60,382 nucleotides of DNA from a virus (Duplodnaviria; Caudoviricetes): positions 1 through 60,382 of the IMG/VR virus record IMGVR_UViG_3300020470_001595. One strand, written 5' to 3'. The position numbers were made by a program, and so were the translations under genes. Position 1 is the stretch's first letter; every line of letters begins with the position of its first letter. Positions 27,983-41,300 of the stretch are shown here, piece by piece. The notes below the pieces were generated by a model. The model saw only the letters and a program-made list of their open reading frames with translations. It had not been told where the DNA came from and made no database searches.

Positions 27983-28738
27983 ATGGCTAAAGGATTTACT
28001 GTTAAGGCGAAAAACCCGCCTAAGAAGCAAGAGGAAGAATGGGATTATGATAGGGCATGGGAATTACTAAAGGGCAAGTCCGTTGTCTTCTGTATGCCTG
28101 GTCGTGGTTGTTCATATGTCTTCTTGAAGAACTTCGTGCAACTTGCATTTGACTTAGTGCAGCATGGAGTAAGTATACAGATTAGTCAAGACTATTCATC
28201 TATGGTAAACTTTGCCAGATGTAAGTGTCTTGGTGCTAATGTCTTAAGAGGTCCAGACCAGATTCCTTGGGATGGCAAACTTAAGTATGACTATCAGTTA
28301 TGGATTGATAGTGATATTGTATTCAACACACCTAAGTTCCTACAACTTGTTCTTATGGAGAAGAACATTGCTGCAGGTTGGTATATGACGGAAGATGGTC
28401 AAACTACTTCTGTTGCTCACTGGCTTGATGAAGATAACTTCCGTAATAACGGAGGGGTTATGAATCATGAGACTGGTGAAACTATGTCTAAGCGTAAGAA
28501 ACCATTTACTGTCGATTACACAGGATTTGGATGGGTTCTTATCAAGCATGGTGTATGGGAACATGATAAGATGAAGTATCCTTGGTTCGCACCTAAGATG
28601 CAAGTCTTTGAATCTGGAGAGGTACAAGACATGTGTGGAGAGGATGTCTCATTCTGTCTAGATGCTCTCGATGCTGGATTTGAGATCTGGTGTGACCCTC
28701 GTATCCGTGTGGGGCATGAAAAGCAACGAGTTATATAA
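27983..28738 (+). CDS. Conserved cyanomyovirus protein with GT-A glycosyltransferase-like motifs
   Basis: WIDSD (DxD), TGFGWVLIK, GEDVSFC, RVGHEK. Confidence 0.8.
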   Translation: MAKGFTVKAKNPPKKQEEEWDYDRAWELLKGKSVVFCMPGRGCSYVFLKNFVQLAFDLVQHGVSIQISQDYSSMVNFARCKCLGANVLRGPDQIPWDGKLKYDYQLWIDSDIVFNTPKFLQLVLMEKNIAAGWYMTEDGQTTSVAHWLDEDNFRNNGGVMNHETGETMSKRKKPFTVDYTGFGWVLIKHGVWEHDKMKYPWFAPKMQVFESGEVQDMCGEDVSFCLDALDAGFEIWCDPRIRVGHEKQRVI

Positions 28739-28934
28739 TATAACCATCGAAGGAGGAGAGATCTATACAGGTCTCTCTGAGGAGGCTTTCCTAGAGAAAA
28801 TGATGGAATTATCTCAGTGTTATTATGATACTGGATATCCATCACCTGATCTTATTACACATTCAACTTACAATGGCGAAAATGTACACGAGTCCCACGG
28901 GGACGAACATTCAAACGAGACCAAAGAAGACTAG
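28716..28934 (+). CDS. Small hypothetical protein
   Basis: Start reassigned to MKSNELYNI. Confidence 0.6.
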   Translation: MKSNELYNITIEGGEIYTGLSEEAFLEKMMELSQCYYDTGYPSPDLITHSTYNGENVHESHGDEHSNETKED

Positions 28935-29019
28935 GCAAGGTAACAGTAAGCATACTAAACATGCTGCTACCGCCCGTAACTCGGCTCGTAAACCTTATAG
29001 AGGACAAGGAAGAAAATGA
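28873..29019 (+). CDS. Small basic protein
   Basis: PKKTRQG...KPYRGQGR. Confidence 0.65.
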   Translation: MAKMYTSPTGTNIQTRPKKTRQGNSKHTKHAATARNSARKPYRGQGRK

Positions 29020-29234
29020 TTAATCTCCTGGCGGCGGCGAGTCTCGATCTCAATGAGGCATGGAATATGTCTTGGGCAGAAGGGATTCAATTTATACTTG
29101 TACTTACATTCTTATACTGGTTAAAGGTAAAGATTGATACTAGGGCAGGTATTGGTAAGAAGAAGTTAAGACAGTTGAAAACTGTTATTAAAGAGGCTAT
29201 ACTAGAGACACAAGTAAGAACTGGTAAACCGTGA
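29016..29234 (+). CDS. Small membrane protein
   Basis: One hydrophobic helix followed by a basic tail. Confidence 0.65.
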   Translation: MINLLAAASLDLNEAWNMSWAEGIQFILVLTFLYWLKVKIDTRAGIGKKKLRQLKTVIKEAILETQVRTGKP

Positions 29235-29335
29235 TTGATGATATCATCGTATTCATTATAATAGTCTTTGTAATGATTGTTGAAATCTATCATAGAAAAA
29301 AACCTTCTAAATAACACACACTCGCTTTTTTAGTT

Positions 29336-29554
29336 ATGTCAAAACAGGAAACGGTTAAGTACACTATTAAACAAGATGGTACTGTAACCGAAGAGGTTAT
29401 CGGTGCAACTGGTAAGCAATGTTTAAAGGCAACTGAGGGAGTAGAAGAGCAGCTTGGTAATGTTGTGAATAGAGATTTTCTTCCTTCTTTTTATCAGGAG
29501 TTAGATTTTCAAGAATATGTTGAGGAATTTACGCACGATTCAGAAGGTTGTTAA
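29336..29554 (+). CDS. DUF2997-family protein
   Basis: TIKQDGTVTEEVIGATGKQCLKATEGVEEQLG. Confidence 0.8.
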   Translation: MSKQETVKYTIKQDGTVTEEVIGATGKQCLKATEGVEEQLGNVVNRDFLPSFYQELDFQEYVEEFTHDSEGC

Positions 29555-29931
29555 TGTCACATTTCAGTACGATAAAGACTAAGATTACAAAAAAACCTGC
29601 TTTACTCGAAGCATTAGAGTTACTACAGTATAATGTAGTAGAAGATGTCGAGTTAGAAAATCCACTTGACCATGAACATAAAAAATGGCAAGTGGATATT
29701 TCTATTGATAATGAAATTGGCTTCCGTTGGAATGGAAAGGAATATGAACTGGTTGCTGATTTACAGACTTGGAGTCAACCATTCCCTCCAGAGAGGTTTA
29801 TTGAGAAAGTTAGACAACAATATGCAAGGATGACCATCCATAATACAGTAAAAGAAGAGGGTTGGCAGGTCGCAGAAGAGTGGGAAATGGATGATAATAG
29901 TATAGAATTAACAGTTACACGCTGGAATTGA
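29554..29931 (+). CDS. DUF1257 (Ycf35-like) protein
   Basis: MSHFSTIKTK...IGFRWNG..YELVADLQTW...QQYA...LTVTRW. Confidence 0.85.
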   Translation: MSHFSTIKTKITKKPALLEALELLQYNVVEDVELENPLDHEHKKWQVDISIDNEIGFRWNGKEYELVADLQTWSQPFPPERFIEKVRQQYARMTIHNTVKEEGWQVAEEWEMDDNSIELTVTRWN

Positions 29932-29941
29932 GAAAATAGGG

Positions 29942-29949
29942 TATAAATA
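29942..29949 (+). promoter_or_regulatory. T4-type late promoter
   Basis: TATAAATA upstream of gp25. Confidence 0.8.
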
Positions 29950-29975
29950 ACCCTGACATCTATTATAATTCGCCA

Positions 29976-30371
29976 ATGGCGACTAAATCTAGAGCATATA
30001 AAGACATAACCCTTGATTTTCAACCAAATCCTGTCACAGGAGATCTAAATGTGTTGAAAAATGAGAGGGCTATTATGCGTTCTATTAGGAATTTAGTCCA
30101 AACTGGAAATCAGGAAAGGTTTTATAGTGACATAGGGTCGGATGTAGGTGATTTATTATTCGATTTCTGTGATGAAGTCACAGGTGGAGTGCTTGCAAGG
30201 AAGGTTAAAAGTGTTATAGAGATGTATGAACCTAGGGTAACTGAAACTGAAATTACTGCAAACCCTAGACCAGACTTAAATAACTCCTTTGAAATGAATA
30301 TTTCTTATAAAATTGTAGGTGAAGACCTCCCTGTACAAAATTTTGCATTTCTTTTAGAAGGAACTAGGTAA
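29976..30371 (+). CDS. gp25: Baseplate wedge subunit gp25
   Basis: YKDI.LDF..NPVTGDL, SIRNLV.T..ERF, YEPRV. Confidence 0.9.
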   Translation: MATKSRAYKDITLDFQPNPVTGDLNVLKNERAIMRSIRNLVQTGNQERFYSDIGSDVGDLLFDFCDEVTGGVLARKVKSVIEMYEPRVTETEITANPRPDLNNSFEMNISYKIVGEDLPVQNFAFLLEGTR

Positions 30372-30375
30372 AAAA

Positions 30376-32295
30376 ATGCCAGTAACCAAGTTTACAAACT
30401 TAGATTTTGATCAAATTAAGGGTCAAATCAAGTCTTACCTCAGAGCAAACAGTAATTTTACTGATTTTGACTTTGAAGGATCAAATATGTCGATTTTAAT
30501 CGATATTTTAGCGTATAATACCTATATTTCGGCATTTAATAGCAACATGGTTGTTAATGAATCCTTCTTGGATTCGGCAACTTTGAGAGAAAATGTGGTT
30601 TCATTGGCAAGAAACATCGGATATGTACCTAGATCTCGTAAATCTTCGGAAGCAATCATAAATTTTGACTATAAATTCAACGGAAACAGTAATAGCGTCA
30701 CATTAAAGAAAGGATTAGTCGCAGTTGGAGTTCAAAATAACACTTCTTTCACATTTTCTATCCCAGAAGACATAACTGTTAGCAGTCCAGTAGATGCTGG
30801 AAGTAATATTACCGTAAATCCACCAAGAACTGCTCAATTTAGGAATCTTACGATATATCAGGGTACACTTTTAAAGAAAAATTTCATTGTAAATGCTAGT
30901 TTAGACCAAAGATTTATATTAGACAACTCATTTATCGATACTGCATCAATTAGAGTGTTTGTTAGGAAGTCTGGAGCGTCTTCTGGACTTGAATATTCTG
31001 TAGTTGATAATATTACAGGTATAAATGAGAAGTCAAACATCTATCTTATCCAAGAAATCAAAGATGAGAAGTATGAATTGCTATTTGGGGATGGATTATT
31101 TGGTAAAAAATTAGAAAATGGAGATGTTGTTGAAGTTAGCTATATTATTACTGATGGAAAAGCAGGAAATGATGGTAAAAAGTTCTCATTTAGTGCAGAT
31201 GCAGTAGATGATGCTGGAAATCCTCTTTCAGCAGCAGCAACTCCTGTTCTAACAACGATTCAAACCGCTAAAGGAGGCGGTGATATCGAAGAAATAGACT
31301 CTATTAAGTATATTGCACCTAGAGTCTATTCATCGCAGTACAGGGCGGTTACAGCAAAGGATTATGAGGGGATTATACAGAGTGTTTTCCCTGATGCAGA
31401 GTCAGTTTCGGTAATTGGTGGTGAAGAATTGGATCCACCTGAATATGGTACTGTTGTATTAAGTGTAAAACCTCGAAATTCCACTTATTTGTCCGACTTT
31501 ACTAAAGTACAGATCTTAGATAGATTAAAAAGGTATTCTATTGCTGGAATTAACCAAAGAATAGTCGATTTAAAGATACTTTTCGTAGAATTAGACACTT
31601 CTGTCTATTTTAATTCCAATATTTACAGTGATATTGATGGTCTTAAGACTCAAGTTACCAATTCACTAACAGATTACGGAAAATCCACTAATTTAAACGC
31701 ATTTGGTGGTAGATTTAAGTATTCTGATGCTTTAAAAGCAATTGATGGCACAAATAATGCAATTACATCGAATATTACTAGGTTGACAATAAGAAGAGAC
31801 TTAAAACCAGTTTTTAATGCCTTTACTCAGTACGAATTATGCTTTGGTAATGCATTTCATGCCAATCCTAAAGGCAAAAACATAAAAAGTACTGGATTTA
31901 CCATTGCTGGTAATCCAAATACTTTATATTTCACTGATTTGCCACATGACGACTTAAAAACGGGTGATATTGCTGTAGTTCAATTAACTGAACTCTCTGA
32001 TGATGCTCCACCTGTTGTTTTACCTTCTGCAGGAACTGTGGATTATGTAAAAGGTGAAATTATGATCAATACCATCAATATAACGGGTACTTCTCGTGCA
32101 TCAGGTGTTGTTGAAATTCAAGCATATCCAGAATCCAATGATATTATAGGATTGAAGGATATTTACCTCCAATTAGACATGTCAAATACTAAGATAAATA
32201 TCGTGAGAGACACAATATCTTCTGGACAACAAATATCTGGAATTGGATATAAAGTCACCTCTAGTTACTCTAACGGAACCATCATTAGGTCATAA
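30376..32295 (+). CDS. gp6: Baseplate wedge subunit gp6
   Basis: LDFDQIK, FTDFDFEGS, ESFLDSA.LRENVVSLA, QYRAVTAKDY. Confidence 0.95.
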   Translation: MPVTKFTNLDFDQIKGQIKSYLRANSNFTDFDFEGSNMSILIDILAYNTYISAFNSNMVVNESFLDSATLRENVVSLARNIGYVPRSRKSSEAIINFDYKFNGNSNSVTLKKGLVAVGVQNNTSFTFSIPEDITVSSPVDAGSNITVNPPRTAQFRNLTIYQGTLLKKNFIVNASLDQRFILDNSFIDTASIRVFVRKSGASSGLEYSVVDNITGINEKSNIYLIQEIKDEKYELLFGDGLFGKKLENGDVVEVSYIITDGKAGNDGKKFSFSADAVDDAGNPLSAAATPVLTTIQTAKGGGDIEEIDSIKYIAPRVYSSQYRAVTAKDYEGIIQSVFPDAESVSVIGGEELDPPEYGTVVLSVKPRNSTYLSDFTKVQILDRLKRYSIAGINQRIVDLKILFVELDTSVYFNSNIYSDIDGLKTQVTNSLTDYGKSTNLNAFGGRFKYSDALKAIDGTNNAITSNITRLTIRRDLKPVFNAFTQYELCFGNAFHANPKGKNIKSTGFTIAGNPNTLYFTDLPHDDLKTGDIAVVQLTELSDDAPPVVLPSAGTVDYVKGEIMINTINITGTSRASGVVEIQAYPESNDIIGLKDIYLQLDMSNTKINIVRDTISSGQQISGIGYKVTSSYSNGTIIRS

Positions 32296-32301
32296 AAAAG
32301 G

Positions 32302-35300
32302 ATGATAGAAACCTATAGCCCCTTATCCTCCAGAGTTAAGACATACCAAATTGTTGGTGAGCAGGCTCCAGAGTTTACTCTTGCAGAAAACCCTCTTTTT
32401 GAGGATTTTTTGAAGCAATATTATGTTTCGCAAGAATATCAAGGTGGTCCTGTAGATCTTGCTGAAAATATTGACAAATATATTAGAATTGACAATTTAA
32501 CTAAGGATGTTATATCTGGATCAGTAGCAATTGCTTCTAGCATTGGTATTACTGATGATGAAATTGTAGTTGATGGTACTACTAAGGGATTTCCACAAGA
32601 ATGGGGTCTTTTAAAGATTGATAGTGAAATTATTACCTATACGGGAGTAACAACCAATAGCTTTACTGGGTGTGTAAGGGGTTTTTGTGGAATTGAGACA
32701 TATCATGCACTTAATGATACTGAGAATTTGCAATGGACACAAACTGCAGCTTCTTCCCATCTTACAGGGTCTGCGGTACAAAATTTAAGTGCATTATTCC
32801 TTCATGAGTTTTATGATAAGTTAAAAGCGCAGTATACACCTGGTTTAGAGGGTGTACAATTAAGTCCTGAGTTAGATGTTAATAATTTCGTAAAAGAAGC
32901 AAGAAGTTTATACGAATCTAAGGGTACTGACGAATCTTTCAAGATTTTATTTAAAGCACTGTTTGGTTTAGAACCAAAAATCAATGATCTTGAAAAATAC
33001 CTCATAAAACCCTCTTATGCCAACTATTTGAGAAGAGAGTCTTTTGCAGTACAGGTAATTTCTGGTGATGCTAATAAATTAGTTGGTCAAACTCTGTTTC
33101 AAGACAATGAAGAAGGTAATCCTTTAGTAAATGCTGCTAGTGGACCTATTTCTGAAGTTGTTCAGATTAGAGATGACTATTATCGTATTTCTGTCTTTAT
33201 TGGATATGATGATAGAGACTTAATACAGGGTACATTTGTTGTTCCAGGAAGAACTCAAGCAGTTGGTAAGGTTGGTCTTGGTGCAACAGTTATTACAGTT
33301 GACTCTACTGTTGGATTCGGTCAAACTGGTGTTATTGAGGTTGGAGTAGATACAGATGATGATTATATGCGTTTGGATTACACTGAAAAGACTATAAACC
33401 AGTTTATTGGTGTAACTACGACAACAAAAGATATTGCATCCACTAAAAATATCTTTACACCAACTTTTGTTTATGGATATGAGGAAAATAATTTAGAAAA
33501 ACCAGTTAATATGAAAATAACTGGTGTTTTGAGTGAATTTGATACTCTTCAGGATTTATATGGATTATCAATGTCTTCAAGGGTTAATGTTAAGAACCTT
33601 GGAAGATTTGTAACCAATCCATTGACATCCAAGACATTTGAACAGATTTTCTTCAATTCTTGGATTTACAATACTAGTGCTAGATACCGAATTGCAGATT
33701 TAACAGGATCTACATTTACTTTAGCAGGTAATATTGATAAAGCTAGTCTAAGGGTGGGTGATAAGATTGATTTGCTTGTTAGAAACACTGAAACAGTCGC
33801 TGCATCACCATTAACAGTAACTTATGTCAATAAAACTAATAATTCGATTAGTATATCTGGTGTTTTCACAACTACTCCTGGATATGAGTATGATGTAAGA
33901 AGAATTCAGGTAAAAGCAACAAGTACAATTGTTCCAATCATAGGTGGACAAAATCAACTCTTAGGTGATGTTTCTAATACCTATGTTTTAGATAAAAAGA
34001 ACTCAGAAAGTAATGAGCAAGAAGGATTTGTAGCTTCTAACTCTATTCCCACATATCCTATCGATACTGATAAAATTCATGCTACTTTAGTCAATCCTAC
34101 TGTATCTGGTGGATCATGGGGTGGATATGATACTTTATCTAACAAATATACCATAATTTCGTTCCCACAAGATGTTCCTTTCAGAACTGGTGAGCAAATT
34201 GCTTATGTGCCTGTTGGAAACACTGTTGCTATTGGTGGATTAGATGCAGCCTCTTATTTTGTTGAAGTATTATCTCAAAAGAACAAAATTAAGTTATATC
34301 CTTCCAGATCCTTTATTCCATCAGGAATTTCTATAAAATTTGCACCTCCAGACTTAACAACTGGAATTCATGATTTTGTTAAAGTAGAACAAGCAAGAAA
34401 ATCCATTTTCCCAGGTAGAACACTTAAAAGATTCATTTTAAGTCAGGATTTAACTAGAGGAAAGGCGCAACAGACAACTTCTGAAGTAACACTGGATGGT
34501 AATACTGGTATGCTTATAAATGGTGTAGAAATCACCAATTATAAGTCTGACAGATATATTTACTATGGACCTTTAAAAGCACTTGATCTTGTTAATGCTG
34601 GTACTGGATATGATGTTCTTAACCCACCTTCAATCAGCATAGAAAATAGTTCTACTGGAATTAATACTGCTTATGGTAGATTAGCAATTGGTGGTACTGT
34701 TACTGGGGTTTTAATTGATCCTGTTGATTTTGAAATTAAAAAAGTAGTTTCTGTTGATGTACATGGTGGAAATGGTTATGGAGCAAAAGCGCAAGGTGTA
34801 ACAGAGTTAGCATATAGACAGTTTACATTTAATGCAAAATCTTTCTATAATGGTGGTAATATCGAACATGCTGATGAAGGCAATGGTCGATTTATAATGA
34901 ATAAACCCCATTATTATAAAGATGGGGATAGGGTAATTTATTCTTCCAATAATAATCCTGTTGTTGGACTTACAACTATTGCACCAGTTGGTATTGATAC
35001 TAGTTTAGTTGAGGGGCAATCTTATTATGTTGGAGTTAGTAGCGCAACCATATTTAAACTTTATAGGTCAAAAGCTGATGCTATTGCTGGAGTTAATACT
35101 GTTGGATTCGGTACAACAGCAGCAAATTTAAATACTGGTATCCATCAATTCAGAGATTATAATACTAAGAGAAGAATTTCGAGAGTTAGTATACTTGATG
35201 GTGGAAGTGGATATACAAATAAGAGACTTTCTATAGCACCAACTGGTGTTAGTACTTTTAGAGATTTTGTTGAATTTCCTAATCATGGATTTAAAGATGG

Positions 35301-38300
35301 TGAAGTAGTTCATTACGGCATATCAACTACTCCAGGAGCTACTGCTATTACTGGTTTAAGCACTAATAGTCAGTATCAGGTATTAAATCTTGATGAGGAT
35401 AAATTCAGACTCTGCTATTCTGGTATTGCTACTACTAGAACTCCAGATAAGACAAATTATAATAATAAAGAATATGTGAGATTTACTTCACATGGAGTTG
35501 GATATCAAGATTTCTTCTATCCACCTGTAACTGTTGATGTTAATGTTATTACAGATTCAGATACACCAGTTACTTTAAATGCTACTCCAGTTGTTCGTGG
35601 TGAAGTTACAGAAGCTATTTTGTATGATAAGGGTAAAGATTATGGATCAAATATTATAAACTTTGAAAAAGCACCTGCAGTTGATATCAATTATGGCGAT
35701 TTTGGTCAAATAGGAATAACTATTGTTAATGGTAGAATTATTGATGCTTTTGTACAGAGTAGTGGATCAAATTATGATGGACCTCCAGATATAACAGTTA
35801 CTGGTGTTGGTAGTGCCTTTGGTGCTAAAATTCGTGCTGTTATGAATGGTGGTGCTATTTCCGATGTTATTGTATTATCTCAAGGTGTTGGATATGCTGC
35901 AACTACTACAGTTGTTTCTGTTAAAGCACCAGGTGATGCTGCAACATTCTCTACTAGGGTAAGATCATTAGTTGCTAATAAGTTTAATACTACTGGTACT
36001 GTAAATGGAGACTATCTTACTCCAGTTGAAGGTGGATTAGCAATTGAATCTGTTGGTTATGGAGAAACTATTAGAAATTATCTTGGTGATGATGGTAGTG
36101 GACATTCTCCTATAATTGGATGGGCATATGATGGTATACCAATCTATGGTCCTTATGGTTTATCAGATCCAGATAATATTCAGTCAGGATCTACAAGATT
36201 AAAGTCTTCATATGTTCTTGATACAACTCAAGTCGAAAATAGACCATCTCTTTCTGATTATGAAGCTGGTTTCTTTATAGAGGATTATGTTTATAATGCC
36301 AGTGGAGATTTAGATGAGCATAATGGAAGATTTAGCAAAACCCCTGAATTTGAAGAAGGAATATATGCTTATTTTGCTACTGTAGATAATACAAATACTC
36401 CAATTTTCCCATATTATATTGGTAATACTTATAGAGGATTCCCAATAGATGTTAATACAGTTTCTGGTAAAAAGATTAAACAAAGCAACTTTAGCTTTGA
36501 AAGTTCCAAATTAATCAGAAATACCTTCCCTTACAATATGTTTGGTGATGGTGTTGCGTATGATTTTGTATATCAACCATATAAACAGATCCCTAATGTA
36601 GCATTACCTGATCGTATTGAAATTGGTGGTGTAGAAAATCTTATTATAGCTTCTCCAGGTACAGGATATACTACTGGTTCAATTATTAGATTTGATAACT
36701 CTGGTACTGGTGGAACTGGTGTAAATGCTTCTGTAAGTCTTTTAGAAGGCAAAACAGTTAATAAAATTGACACTACATTCAAATTATATGAAGATGTAGT
36801 GTTTGAATGGAAGAATCAAAGTGTTATTGGTCATTTTGATCCATCACACGGATTAGAGTTTGATGATTATGTACAAGTTGCTGGATTGTCCACAAGTGTA
36901 TCTAAATTAACAGATTCTCATGTTATTAGTAGTTTAAATTACTCAACTCAACTTTTAGATAGTACTGTTGTTGGATTAGTTACCGATATTAAAGTTCAAT
37001 TTGTTCCATCTACAGTTTCTGCAGGTGCTACGATTGGATTCGCTACAATGACTCCATCTACAACTGGTATAGGAACAACCGTTGGAATTGGAACAGAAAC
37101 TGCTCGTATATTGAATATTTTTGGAGATGATAATGTTTTAAGGATTCGTAGATCAGTTGCAACTGGAACTACTACTTTAACTGGATTGGGAGTTACATTT
37201 TTTGCTGATGAAATAGAAATACCAATTATTACTGATAAATTCGAGTCTACTCCATCTAAAAAGATTTATTTTAACCCCACAGAAACAGTAGGATTTGGTA
37301 CTACATCAGGACAGACTATAACTAGGAATTATGATTATCTTGGGGAAACTAAAACTAGATCTATCAAAACTCAAAGTATTTACTTAGAAAATCATGGTTT
37401 ACGAACTAATGATACTTTAAGTTTGACTATTCCTGCTGGTGGAGCTACTTTAGGTCTAAAAACTGACGGAATTGGAAATACCTTTAATATACCAGATCCA
37501 TGTTATGCTGTAAGAAAAACAGAAAATACTATTGGTATAAAAACAACAAAAACATCTAATGATGTCTATTTTGTTAGTGGTGGTACAGATGCTTATGATT
37601 ATTTACTTACATATACCCCAGATAAGCAAGTTACTGGATCTGTACAAAAAATTACTGCTACAGTTCAAACTGCAGAAAATCATGAGTTAAAAACTGATGA
37701 TAGGATCGATTTAATTGTTAAACCTGGTCTTTCAACTGGTATTGGCACAACAACCTTTGCAACTGTTAAAATTATTGATAATTACCTAATTGTTAACCCA
37801 ATTAGTATTGATCAAACTGGAATAAACACTACAACTAATAGAATTACCTCATATCAGCATAATTTGGTAACAGGTGATAAAATTTTATATTATGGTACAA
37901 ATCTTCCAGATGGAATTACTCAAAGAGAGTATTATGTTGTTGCAATTGATGAAAATACCCTTCAATTAGCAAATACATTTAAAGAGACTTCAGGAACTCC
38001 AAATGTTGTTAATATAACATCTCAAGGTGGATCTGGACAAACTATTAATCCAATTAATCCACAATTAAGACCATTTAGAAATAATGATCTTATATTTGAT
38101 ATGAGTGACCCAACTTTAGTTGGAAGTGACTTAAAATTCTATTATGACAAGAATTTCTTTAATGAATTTGTTGGTTCTGGTACAAGTCTTGGATTTGAAA
38201 TAGTTGGTGTTAGTACTGTGTCAACAGTTGGTGTTGCATCAACATTACCAGTTTATACAAATGAATACCATCCTACAATAAAAGTTAAATATTCTGAAAC

Positions 38301-41300
38301 TGCGCCTAAGATCATATATTATAGTTTATTTACTCCTTCTGGTATATCTACTGCTGACGGTACTGTATTTAATGGATCTGAAATAAAATATATTGATAGT
38401 TTATATACTGATAATTATTCAATTATTAGTATTGGGGATACTACCTTCAATCTTAATCTACAAGATAAACCTGAATCTTTATATTATGATTCTGGTATTG
38501 CGGATATTAGTTATACTACAAGTTCTGCCAATGCTACTGGTGGAATTGCATCAACAAGAATAACTAGTCCTGGATTTAACTATTCTAGACTTCCTGGTAT
38601 TTCCAGTATAGGAGATGCTGGTGAGAATGGTGTAATAATTGCCGAATCACTAAAAATTAATAAATTAGACTCTTTGACAGTTCCAGAAGATGTTTATGGA
38701 TATCCTTCTGATAACACTCTTAAACCAGATGCTTTTGTTCCTAGAGTTATCAATATTGATAATTTTGGGACTCTTGAAGAAGTTAATGTTGTTTATGGTG
38801 GTAAATTCTACATCACTGCACCAGCTTTAGTTTTATTTGATAAAGGAACTGGTGATATTTTAGATAATGGACTTATTACTTGTGAATTAAGCGATTCTGC
38901 TGTCACTAGCGCAACCATTTCAGTACCTCCAATTGGATTGTCTGGTAATGATTACGGTATTGCTCCTGTTAGAAATAGTAATGGTCTTAGTATCCTTAAT
39001 GTACAAGCAGCTGCAGGAATATTAACCTGTACAATTACTACTCCTGTTTTGGGTTATGTTAAAGAACCAATAAAGATTGGTGATAAAATGCAAATTGAAG
39101 GTGTTGCAATAGATGCTGGAAGTGGTACTGGATATAACTCTGGAGATTATAAATTTGCTTCAATTGAAGTTACTGATTACAATGATGCTGTTAACCCAAG
39201 AGAAGTTACTTTTGATTTAAATGGAATCAGTACTAATCCTGGTACTGGTGCAACAGTTGCTTATGGATTTGGTCAATTGACTCAAGAAGATTATATTGCT
39301 AAATTTGAAGTTATTAAGGGATCATCAAGATTTATTGAAAATGAACCATTTAAACGAAATAACAATCCTATCGCAGATGTTGCTTTGGATTTTATTGACT
39401 CTAATGCTGCTAAAATTATAGTTAGTGGTGCTGAGCCTTTAGAAATTGATGATATATTGATAGGTAAATTAAGTGGTTCTCAGTGTAGGATTGTTGGTAT
39501 TAAGGAATTTGCAGGAAGTTTTAATATAGCGTCTTCTGTTAAGACATTAGTTGGTTGGAGGGATAATGTTGGAATTATTAATGATGGTAATCAAGTATTG
39601 CCAGATAATGATTATTATCAAAATATGTCTTATGCAATTGACAGTCCTAAGACATATGAAGATTTAATTACCTTTGTTAATGATATAGTTCATCCATCTG
39701 GACTTAAAAACTTTGCCAATACTGAAGTTATGGCATTGGGTGATCCAGGTGAAACAAATATTCCAGCAGAAGACGCTGGTGGATTAGTTCTTGACTTTAT
39801 TGGAGATCCTCTTAGAGTTGACTCAATATACCCATTTGATATGGCAAGAGATTTTGAATCTCAAGGTAATATCTCTAAATTTGTAGAATTAAGAAATACT
39901 CGACTTTCTGACTTTATTTTAAACAAAACAAATAGAGTTCTTAATATTGACGATATTAGTCCTAAATTTGTGTCTAATGAGTCTAATGATTTGAGTGATT
40001 ATAGAATTGTTGCTACTTATCCTGCAGGAAGGTTCTTCCAAAGATTCTTAACACAAACTGTTCATCAAGCAGAAGATCCTACTAAAAACCAGTATCAGTT
40101 TAATGAATTTATTTCAGTAACTGTTGATGAAGATACTTATCTTCTTCAGAAGAATGAAATGAAGAATTATGATCAAGTTGGTCTTTCTACTGGATATGTC
40201 ACATTTGATACTGAGTATTCTCCTGCGAAATCAGAAACACAGTTAATTGTCCGTCCAAATGAGCCATTTGACACAGATTATGAAGTTAAGTCATTACAAA
40301 CATATTTTTCAGATTCTATAGGTACTGGAAATACAGCATTTGGTCATATTAGACTAGAAGGTGGTGTAGCACAAATTGGTGCAGCAAGTACTCTTGGAGT
40401 TTCGGTTACAGGTAATATTTTTGGAATATCTACTACTTCTTCACAAGCTGGTGTTGTACAAGTACTAGTTATTGATAATCCTGGTCCAAATTCACCAAAA
40501 CAAGTTGATTACTTAGAATATGCAATTATGCATAATGGTGTTGACACATATTTGACCGAATTAGCATCATTTAACTCAAAACAAAATCTAAGTGGTCTTT
40601 CTGGTCCAAACTTTATTGGTACAGTAACATCTAAGATTGAAGGTGGTTTAGTTAAGTTTGATTTTGAAAATGGTCGTACAAATACAGTATCTGTAAAATA
40701 TAAGTCTATTATAGTTGATCCATCTACTGTTGGTGCAAATAATTATAGATTTAAGATTCCATTTACTCCAGATGGTACAGAAAGGACAGGAAGATTTGAA
40801 GTTACCAGTCAATCAAAAGCTGGCATTTCTACAATTGTTGGTATAACAAGTCTTACAGATTTATCTGTTAAGTCTACAATTCATGTTTCTTATGGCGCAA
40901 CTCAATCATTACATCAGATTTATATGTTATCTGATCCTGAGAAGAGTCAAACATTCCTTACCGAAACCCCACTCGCATCTGTTGGTTCTACAACTGGTAT
41001 AGGAACATTTGGAACTACTTATAGATCTGATGGTACTTATGGATTAGAATTCCACCCATCAGTTGCTGGTATTGTTAGTGTTACTGCTTACAATGAAGTA
41101 TTATACAAAGTATTAGACCCTAATGGTAGTATTGGTGGTATTGGTGAAATTAATTATGGTCAAGTATATGAAAATGCTAACCAATCACTTTACCTTGGTA
41201 TTAACAATAGAAACATCAAATCATTTGATTTGACTTATCAAGGAATACCTATCTATGCTCGTGAAACAAATATTGCGGATCCTTCAGCAATATCTTATAA

